From NCBI GenBank assembly GCA_046563655.1, contig JAJCTO010000012.1, forward strand, positions 186,001 through 250,000: 64,000 nt of DNA. Reading direction: 5' to 3'. Position 1 is the first letter of the stretch; every line of letters begins with the position of its first letter. Below, one piece after another: positions 11,187-19,110 of the stretch. This stretch comes from Yuukianura sp. NJ FZ-2021. Its lineage: Eukaryota. The notes beneath the pieces were generated by a model. The model was given only the letters and a program-made list of their open reading frames with translations. It searched no databases and had not been told where the DNA came from. The translations under genes were made by a program, and so were the position numbers.

Positions 11187-12407
11187 TTATTTTGGTGGAG
11201 CTGGAGGATCTCGGCGTTTTGGGGAATTCTTCCTTAGCGGAGGTGGAGCATTGGCCGAGTTCAATGCCCACCACCGAGCACGTCTCTGCTGCCGATTCGG
11301 AGCTGGTGGATTTGGTGGGACAGGGGGAAAACGTCCTTGTACAGGAGCTGGGGGAGCTGAGGAAGCTGAAGCTGCTGGAGCTGAAACTACTGGAGCTGGA
11401 ACTCCTGGAGCTGGGGTTAAATTTGAAGTTGGTGGGGAGTTGAAAGTGAAAGTAACCGAGGTTGCTGAATTTGGGAGAAGAGTGTAGTATGGGAAGTATC
11501 CAGGGGGAATTGATGAAAATGGGAATTGTGAAGTTGCAGAAGTGACAGGAACGGTAATTGAAGTGGAAGTGGACGGAATTTGTGAATTTGACCAAGTGGC
11601 TGGAGAAACTGGACGTGAATTTGGAGAAAGTGGCCGAATTTGGGGGGAAGCTGAGCGATTTCGGGGTGGAGCTGGACGAGCGTTGTACGGAGAGGGCCGA
11701 TTGGAACGGAATTGAGCTCGAACAGGGGGAACAGATTTTGACGAAGTGCTGGGTCCAGGGTTTTGGGGGTTTTGGGGGGTGCTTGGGGACAAGGAAACGT
11801 TTGACATTTTGCGTGTCAAAGCTGTAGGGGAGCTGGATCGCGAACGACCAACTGGGGGTTGTTTTGGGGGTCCATTTGGAAACTGCAAATCCAGAAGCGA
11901 GGGAATCTTCGCAGATCCAAGCCGCTGAGCCTGCAGTTTGGATTTTGGCGCTGGGTCACGAGGACGACGAAACGTGGCAGAATCTTGGGACTTGGGGGGA
12001 ACAACCACGACGACCGAAGCAAGTCTTGGGCGTGGTGCTGGAGGAGGAGCCGAAACCATGTCCTGGAGTGACTTTTGGGGGGAATTTGGTTGGAAGCTGC
12101 TAGAGCTTGGGGAAAACAACTGCCGATTGAGCTTTTTCGGAGATTTTGGAGGGGAAGCAGCAGCAAGGGGCATGTCCCAGTCGTCATCGGGAATCCGAGC
12201 AATGGCGGGCGTAGAAATTGGAGCAGCAATGACCGTAGGAGACGGAGACGAAGAGGATGACGAAGAGGATGAAGAAGACGGAGAAACAGCATTATTTTGA
12301 GGAGGAGAGTTCAACAAGTCATCTTCCGCAGCCAAATCGATCTCGGCGATTCCTTCAGAGGCATCATCTCCTTCGTCCATCATGTCATCATCGTGAGGGG
12401 GGTCCAT
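11187..12407 (-). CDS. ORF3 of element B: 406-aa Pro/Ser-rich, probably disordered protein of unknown function
   Basis: Long ORF between the integrase stop and the 3' LTR; ATG immediately preceded by a polypyrimidine tract + TAG acceptor; acidic N-terminus, basic C-terminus. Confidence 0.65.
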   Translation of the reverse strand: MDPPHDDDMMDEGDDASEGIAEIDLAAEDDLLNSPPQNNAVSPSSSSSSSSSSSPSPTVIAAPISTPAIARIPDDDWDMPLAAASPPKSPKKLNRQLFSPSSSSFQPNSPQKSLQDMVSAPPPAPRPRLASVVVVVPPKSQDSATFRRPRDPAPKSKLQAQRLGSAKIPSLLDLQFPNGPPKQPPVGRSRSSSPTALTRKMSNVSLSPSTPQNPQNPGPSTSSKSVPPVRAQFRSNRPSPYNARPAPPRNRSASPQIRPLSPNSRPVSPATWSNSQIPSTSTSITVPVTSATSQFPFSSIPPGYFPYYTLLPNSATSVTFTFNSPPTSNLTPAPGVPAPVVSAPAASASSAPPAPVQGRFPPVPPNPPAPNRQQRRARWWALNSANAPPPLRKNSPKRRDPPAPPK

Positions 12408-12451
12408 CTAAAAATATATAAAAAGAACAGCATCAGTATTTAATTACTGAG

Positions 12452-14728
12452 TCAGCGCTTCTTTGGCTTTGCGAGGCGGGAAATGCAAGACAGAGCTTTG
12501 GTGTGAGCCGCGCGTTTCGTACGACCAGAAATCGGAAGTTTGACGCTGGCAGGGGCGCAAACTATGGGGATTTTACTCGCAGCGGGATGCAGGGAATACT
12601 GGGCGGGTAAAATTGGTGGAATTAGGATTTCTGGGTCACGGCTTTGATTTTGGTTATTTAAGTCAACATTAGGGGGGTCAGAATTTTGGTTTGACGCAAT
12701 GGGAAGCGTAACAGGGTCATTTTGCTCAGTTGGAAATGGCAATTTTGGTAAGTTAGAGGACAAATCAGGGTCAGACACTGGAGGGGGGACAAAATCGTTA
12801 TCAGACGACTGAGAGGAACTACTGTCTGCATCAGACGTGTCATAAACACGCTGATTGTAAGGTTTAAGGCGCTGAACGTTCACGACTGTCTCGTGAGGCT
12901 GCCGAGGGGGGACCGAAGTAATTCGAACAGTGCCATTATGGAGGACGTCAATGACTTTGTAAGGGCCAATCCATTTCTTCGTAAATTTGCCGACACGACC
13001 TTTTTTCCGCTGAAAGTTCCTGAGCAGAACTTTCATACCAACGACATAAGTGGGGAAACGGATCTGTAACTGGGCCTTAACTCTGAGTAGCTGCTGCTCA
13101 CGGGACAGCTCGTGGGCTAAGTTATTTGCAACAAATAATCGGTCAAGGGCATCGTCGGGCTCTAAATATTGCTGGGGAAGGGGAAACAGCCTGTCTACCG
13201 GCAAAACCGGCTCCCTACCAAAGACCGGAAAATAAGGAGAAAAATTAGTGACACGATGTACTGAACAATTAATGGAAAATACCACCCTGGGGAGATGTAG
13301 ATCCCAATCCTTGTGGTTTTCACTTACGAATTTGGCGATTACTGACTTTACCGTGCCGTTATGTCTTTCACAGAGGCCGTTAGACTTGGGATTATACGAA
13401 GTCGTGGATCTGTGCTCAATGGCATGGAGGGAAAGGAAATCTTCAAATTCGTCGGAAAGGAAAACCGTACCACGGTCTGACAGAATGATTTTGGGAATTC
13501 CGTGGCGAAAAAGGACGTGTTTGTTAAGCACTTTGATCGCTTGAGCAGAATCTGCTGCGGGAACTGGCCAGGCTTCTACGTAACGGGTATGGAGATCAAT
13601 TACTGTCAGAATGTACTTGTTACGTCTCGTTGTGACTGGGAATGGGCCTAAGTAGTCTAGGGCAATGGTGTGGAATGGAATGGCGGGAACGTCAAGACCG
13701 GCGCTATTTGGCGGGAGAGCAAAATTCCGTCTATTATGGATCTGACACAAGTGGCACGACGTGACAAATTTCACCACATCTCGATACATCCGGGGCCAAT
13801 AGAACCTGGAGCGAAGAAGATGCCAAGACTTGTGTAAGCCGAGGTGGCTAAGGGAGTCGTTATGAACGGATTCCATGGACGATTTTCGGAGGGATTTAGG
13901 GAGACAGAGACGCCAGAGATTGCCAAATTCCGAGTAGTTCATCCGGTACAAAATTCCATCTCGCAGACTGTACTCTCGCAGTTTCTTGGGTTCGGGCAAA
14001 TTATGGGAAGCACAAGTTTGTTCTGCTGTCAAATACTCAATCACAGGAAGCCATTCTGGCTCTTTAAGCTGGAGATCTTTTAGTTTTGCATCTCTAACTC
14101 TTCGTGGGGATACAGGGGAAACCGCTAAGGCGAGAAGATGATGTTCAATGGCCAAATGGTCTGTGTCAGAGGGGGCTGGGTCAACTGGGTTACGCGATAG
14201 GGGATCAGCATCGGTGTGAACACGACCACTCTTATGAACCACGGTAAAATCATAAGGTTGGAGGGCTAAAGACCAACGGGAAATTTGGCCATAGGGGTCT
14301 TTAAATTTTAGCATGTCACAAAGGGAATGGTGTTCAGTGACAACTTTAAAATGACGGCCGTATAAATACGGTCGAAATTTCTCTACAGCCCAAACAAAAG
14401 CCTTCATTTCCAATTGGGGGGTTCCAAATTTCGATTCGGAGGGGGAAACCGCTCTAGAAGCATACGCTACCACTCTCTCTTTTCCGTCCTGAATTTGGCA
14501 AAGGGTCGCTCCAAAACCGAGCCCAGACGCATCACAATGCACGGACGTTTCGGCTTCTTCATCGGGGAACGCAAGGACAGGGGGAGATGTTAATTTGTCT
14601 TTAAGCGTCTGAAACGCTGTTTCGGCTTCCGGGGTCCAATGGAACGGGGTACCACGCTTCCCAGCAACAATAAGATGTAGTGGACGGGCAATTTCTGCAA
14701 AACCCTCGATAAATCGGCGATAGTAACT
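12452..14728 (-). pseudogene. pol: Pol of element B, 3' part (RT connection, RNase H, integrase)
   Basis: Resumes in frame after the element C insertion (SYYRRFIEGFAEIARPL..HCDASGLGFGA); HHCC, DYLGP, SDRG, GPY motifs. Confidence 0.92.
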
Positions 14729-15374
14729 TGTTACGCTCCTTTTTGCGCAATACCGTTGGAAGGGCCCTCTGGGTCAACGTCCGTCTAGCCAAAGGGGTCA
14801 AGGGCCTTAGGGACCCCCTTCCCGGTGAGAGTTCGTCCGTTGTCGTGTAAGGAGTAATAATTAGTAAGTGAATTAAATAAAGAAATGAGGTTTCCCATAC
14901 CTTCTTTCTATTCTTTCTGTGCTTATTTATTCGTAGTGGTGTATCGGGGTACTTAGTGGTGCTATTGGGTAGTCTTCTTCTCAGCTTCCGTCCTTTCTTA
15001 CTTCTAAATTGTGACTGAATGTTATTTATACAGAGGTGCTTAATTGCTTAATTAAGGTTGCTAGGTGGTCGTTAATTGGAAATTTGAATAACAACTTTTG
15101 CTTCCCTAACCGCATTAGCGGCGCTGGCTGTGGTTGTTCTAATTGGATAAATTTTCGATTTTAAATCACTTGGCCTTGTGGTCACTTGGCCTTGTGGTTT
15201 GTCCGCTCAGAAGGAGTTAGCCTGGTGCTTGGAGTGCTTAGTGACTAAGTCTACTTGGCAACTAGATGCGCTTAGCAACTAGGTAGTGCACGTGCGACCT
15301 TGGTCAGTGTTTTGTGGAAGTGAAAGTACAAGTGCAGGTACTGAAAGTATTGTTGTGCAAGTGCAGGTGCAACA
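14729..15374 (-). repeat. 3' LTR of element C (646 bp)
   Basis: Identical to 26979-27624 except one C/T difference seen (15269 vs 27519); purine-rich tract AGGCAGTGGAAAG immediately upstream on the - strand. Confidence 0.96.
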
Positions 15375-15432
15375 CTTTCCACTGCCTAATCTTTTTGTCG
15401 TCCCGACAAAACAAGTGTGTGAAGCTGATGAC

Positions 15433-16683
15433 TCATTCCCGGTTTGGTTGTCGTCGTTCGAGTTCCAGAAGCCTATCCTGCATATCCCGAACCTGGCGTA
15501 CTAAGTCGGGGATGAGGACATCGGGTGGTGGTAAGTCGCCGAGGGTGAGGTGTCGTTGAAGTGCAGTGGGGTATGGCGTCATTCGTCGGCTGGATATGGG
15601 AGTGGTGGATTCTGCGGCTCGTCGGCTCGGTGAGCGTATCTCTTCCACGAATTCGGGGCCAAACCAGACAAGTAACTGTGGAATGAGTTGGGACGCTCGG
15701 GCTTCGTCCATTCCGGGTGGTTTGGGTAACGTGGTAATTCGTCGGGACAGTCCTCTGATGAACTCGAGATTGGTACCGGTCTTCCATCGCATGTAGTCGG
15801 CAACGAAAAGTTGAGTGGGAACGTCCAAGACTCGAGCGACATAAATGATGCTGGCGCGAATGCGTGTATCACGATGGTCGGTTGGTAGGGTATTTGAAAA
15901 GAAGTGAGTTAGGCGAAACGGTTCTGCGGTTTGTTCATGGGTGGTCTCGAGCATGCTTTGTAACAGCGCTGGGATGTCGATTGATCCGATTGCGTAACCG
16001 TCCTGTAGGTACACGGTAATATCTTTCCACAGTTGAGCGATTGTCTCTGTGTGATCAACCATGCGAGGGTCGTCTTGTTGCATGCGGTGTTGGGGGAAGC
16101 CCGCCGGTATGGTGACCGTGGATTGGAAGTAGCTTCTCAAGGTTCGTGGCGCTGCATGGTCTGGCAAACCGAATATGTGGCAGCGGATAGTCTCTACGTC
16201 CAAGACACTGCGAGGGATGACTCCGAAATCTCGCTCAATCCACTGTTGTTGCTCCTTTCCGTTGTAGCAAATCTTCATTATCCGTGGTGATGCAAACAGA
16301 GTTTTCAACGGGCCATGCGTGTCTTCATCTCTGGGGTCCATGATAAAGGTTTTGTTCTTGGATACAATGACCAAACGGCAGATCGCTCCGATGTATGAGT
16401 GTGGCCATTCGAAACAGGCAAAGACAACTGGAGAGAGTTCGATTGCTTGTGAGACATGTGCCGTAACTTCTTCTTTCGTCTTCAAGACCGTGTAGTTAGA
16501 TGGAGGTAGGAGCCATCCTGGCGTCCAAAGTGAATCGTGCATACGAGTTTCGTCAATGTCCAGCACTTCCATCCGGTCTGGGCGTATCATTCGTGCTCCG
16601 TCCGTGAGGTTGCGCACTTGTGTTTGTGCGTACTTGAGTTGTGGGAGGTTCCGTGAGACTGAAGGTGCGATGTCGAATTCCAT
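15433..16683 (-). CDS. Divergent Rrp6/RNase D-like exonuclease-fold + HRDC-like protein, catalytic acidic residues apparently lost
   Basis: HSYIGAICRLVIVSKNKTFIMDP / LKTLFASPRIMKICYNG..QWIERDFGV..SVLDV parallel the Rrp6 ExoI-ExoII regions; VARVLDVPTQLFVAD parallels VAREMDVQPKEVIAD of ORF 6914-8122; splice acceptor + GCCATGG upstream. Confidence 0.65.
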   Translation of the reverse strand: MEFDIAPSVSRNLPQLKYAQTQVRNLTDGARMIRPDRMEVLDIDETRMHDSLWTPGWLLPPSNYTVLKTKEEVTAHVSQAIELSPVVFACFEWPHSYIGAICRLVIVSKNKTFIMDPRDEDTHGPLKTLFASPRIMKICYNGKEQQQWIERDFGVIPRSVLDVETIRCHIFGLPDHAAPRTLRSYFQSTVTIPAGFPQHRMQQDDPRMVDHTETIAQLWKDITVYLQDGYAIGSIDIPALLQSMLETTHEQTAEPFRLTHFFSNTLPTDHRDTRIRASIIYVARVLDVPTQLFVADYMRWKTGTNLEFIRGLSRRITTLPKPPGMDEARASQLIPQLLVWFGPEFVEEIRSPSRRAAESTTPISSRRMTPYPTALQRHLTLGDLPPPDVLIPDLVRQVRDMQDRLLELERRQPNRE

Positions 16684-16802
16684 GGCTAAGGAGTACCTGA
16701 GAAGGTGAAAATTAGATTAGACGTACAGTGTGCATGATTTGGTGTGCATCGTCAGGATCGTCATGAGTCAATTTCTGGGTGTGGGTTGGGTAGCGTTTGC
16801 GC

Positions 16803-19076
16803 TCAATAGTTATAGCCCGGTTCAGGATTTGTGCCGTTTCCCACATTTGTTTCGGCAAATGAGACTCGTCTGGCCTCAGAAAGAGGATAGTCGTAGTAAG
16901 CTTTCGGTGGGGTCTCTGGTTGTTGAGTGGCTTTATGGAGTTCGTTGATCGTCTCGTACTCCGTCTCGATCCGTTCAGCAAGGTTGGCTAGTGCACTGGT
17001 CCTAGGGAACTTCAAGTTCGTCAGTGGGTTGCGTTTCACGACAGGGCTGCTTCGCGTCAATTTGGCAGTTTGGGTGGCGGCTGCATAGGTGATCACCGGC
17101 TCTTCCTGCTGGGTGGCCTGGTTCCGTCGTCGCATGATGCAGTACCAGTACAGCGTGAATATTATGATGATGGTCATCAGAACCAGGGCTAAGGCGAAGT
17201 TGCTAGCATGGTGGTAGTCGACGTGGTCCGGTTGTGCCGCGGCTCCTCGTAGTCTGTCCAGGAACGGCAAGGCGAAGGTCAAGCCCGGGAAGGCTTGCAG
17301 TTGCTTGTAGAGTAGAAACCCTAGTCCCAAAGTGAGGCAGACATTCCAAATGATCAATGCCGTGTTAGTTGATGGCGGAATGATGTGCATCAACTTAGGC
17401 ACCATCATGGTCTTGAGTTGACTGATTTCGGTCAAGTTTAGTCGAGGTGCGTCGAGGTCCCAGGATTCGTTGAAGACTGATTTCAAGTTAGGGAAGACAG
17501 TTTGGCTTCCATAGTTCCAGTCGTGGGCTGGTTTGAGCATGATGTCGATCTTCGACATCATTGCTGGTATGACTATAGTGACTCGTGGTGCGTCCGCCAT
17601 GCCCGTGGGGCATGGATATGGTGGTCGAATTGTCCGTCGTCCTGGAACTTGTAGTTCGCAGTCGCAAGAGAGTCTGACTTCGAGGCTTCCAATCTGGTCG
17701 TTTGGTGGCTGCACGGGGTGAGTCCTGTTGTCCGAGATCCCGCGTTCTCCGCACTGGATCTGCATTCCTTCTGGGGCCCCAGTCAAGATAAATGTGTGGT
17801 AATCCAATTGGGTCACGCTGAAGTCTCCCGGTGTGTTGAGGCACTCGAACAGGCAAACCTCGTTGAGTTCTCTAACGCTAGCACCGCGTAAGAGCCGTTG
17901 GGCGCATAAGTATCCGGTCATCGGGTCGGAGCTGAACTGAGGCACATGGCAAAGTCCAGTTTCCGGGTGGCATTGCTGGAGTTGAGTCCCTTGAATCGTC
18001 ACTAGTTCTTCTTCGTTTACTGCCAAGTAGGCAGGGGCGTGCTGAACAATGCAGGTGCTGCCCTTGTAACTGAACGGCACGTTTATCATTTCGTATAGCT
18101 TCCAGTTGTCTACAAGCTTCTTGATGGGTACCCGAATGCGGTACATAATCCGTCCTCCGTCGCTGAAGGCGCAGTCGGTGAGCTTCAGTTTGTAATACCG
18201 TGTGACTTCGCCAACGGGTATTACGAGTCCGTAGCCATCGGCTAGTAGCTTCCGGCTGGCTTTTTGGAGGTCCGCTGCTAACCTAGTTGGTGGCACTGCT
18301 AGAATGGAAATCGTTTGGGCTCGGCAGTGGTCCTGTAGATCCTTGAAGCGCATTAGTTCTCCAATTTGGTTGAGATAGTCGAATACTTGGAGGAAGGTGC
18401 GTCTGGTGGAGTCTCCTTCTGCGGTTAGAAGACTCAACGTCCTTTGCACGCTTTCGTTGGTTTCTCGCATGGCGGCCTGCTCTTGGTAAAGACGGTTGAC
18501 ATGATCGTGTGCGCTTGAGAAGAGTTTGGAGACATTCTTTCCAAAAAGTTCCATTGAGGTCTTCATGTTCATCACATTTTGGTTGTTTATGACAACCGAG
18601 CCCTTAATGGCTTCCATAAACTTCTCAATGCTCTGGCCGTTCACTTGGAGGTCCTGCATGTCTCTTTTGGAGACGAATCCGCAACAAAAGCTGAACATGT
18701 CGCTGACTAAGGTGAGAGGGTTGAAGGACTGCCATGTGAGGTCTCGCTTCCTGCGTCCAGGGTTTACTTCTGTCATCATCATGTCATCCTTGATGGAGGC
18801 CAGCATCTTAGTGAGGTAGGTTGTGTAGGGTCGTATGTTCACTGGGAAGGTGCAACCTGCGGTTTGCGCGTTCCTGCATGTTCCTTCCATAAAATTTCCG
18901 ATAGGGTTGGTAAAGTTGACTTGGATGTCGTAGACCAAGGGAATTGTAGCAGTGTACAGCTCCGTACCTTTGACCTCCCGAACGAGAGATCCTGTGGTGA
19001 CCCTTACTTCGGTGGGTTGAATTGAGAACGCATTGGTTCCTTCGAGGATGGTTACCAGTATAACCAGCAACTCCAT
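16803..19076 (-). CDS. env: Envelope / class I fusion glycoprotein (errantivirus Env / baculovirus F-like)
   Basis: Signal peptide MELLVILVTILEGTNA, furin site RRKR followed by a hydrophobic fusion-peptide-like segment, heptad region, Cys-rich ectodomain, N-glycosylation sequons, C-terminal TM segments; located after pol. Confidence 0.85.
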   Translation of the reverse strand: MELLVILVTILEGTNAFSIQPTEVRVTTGSLVREVKGTELYTATIPLVYDIQVNFTNPIGNFMEGTCRNAQTAGCTFPVNIRPYTTYLTKMLASIKDDMMMTEVNPGRRKRDLTWQSFNPLTLVSDMFSFCCGFVSKRDMQDLQVNGQSIEKFMEAIKGSVVINNQNVMNMKTSMELFGKNVSKLFSSAHDHVNRLYQEQAAMRETNESVQRTLSLLTAEGDSTRRTFLQVFDYLNQIGELMRFKDLQDHCRAQTISILAVPPTRLAADLQKASRKLLADGYGLVIPVGEVTRYYKLKLTDCAFSDGGRIMYRIRVPIKKLVDNWKLYEMINVPFSYKGSTCIVQHAPAYLAVNEEELVTIQGTQLQQCHPETGLCHVPQFSSDPMTGYLCAQRLLRGASVRELNEVCLFECLNTPGDFSVTQLDYHTFILTGAPEGMQIQCGERGISDNRTHPVQPPNDQIGSLEVRLSCDCELQVPGRRTIRPPYPCPTGMADAPRVTIVIPAMMSKIDIMLKPAHDWNYGSQTVFPNLKSVFNESWDLDAPRLNLTEISQLKTMMVPKLMHIIPPSTNTALIIWNVCLTLGLGFLLYKQLQAFPGLTFALPFLDRLRGAAAQPDHVDYHHASNFALALVLMTIIIIFTLYWYCIMRRRNQATQQEEPVITYAAATQTAKLTRSSPVVKRNPLTNLKFPRTSALANLAERIETEYETINELHKATQQPETPPKAYYDYPLSEARRVSFAETNVGNGTNPEPGYNY

Positions 19077-19110
19077 TCTGAAGATAGAAGATTTAGGGTT
19101 AGAACTTACG

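Noticed and set aside
10699..12300. Overlapping and antisense ORFs in the LTR and ORF3 of B (e.g. 11003-11443, 11104-11595, 10699-10998) and their LTR copies near 34049-34611
   Set aside because: Shadow frames of low-complexity sequence or of the LTR; no motifs
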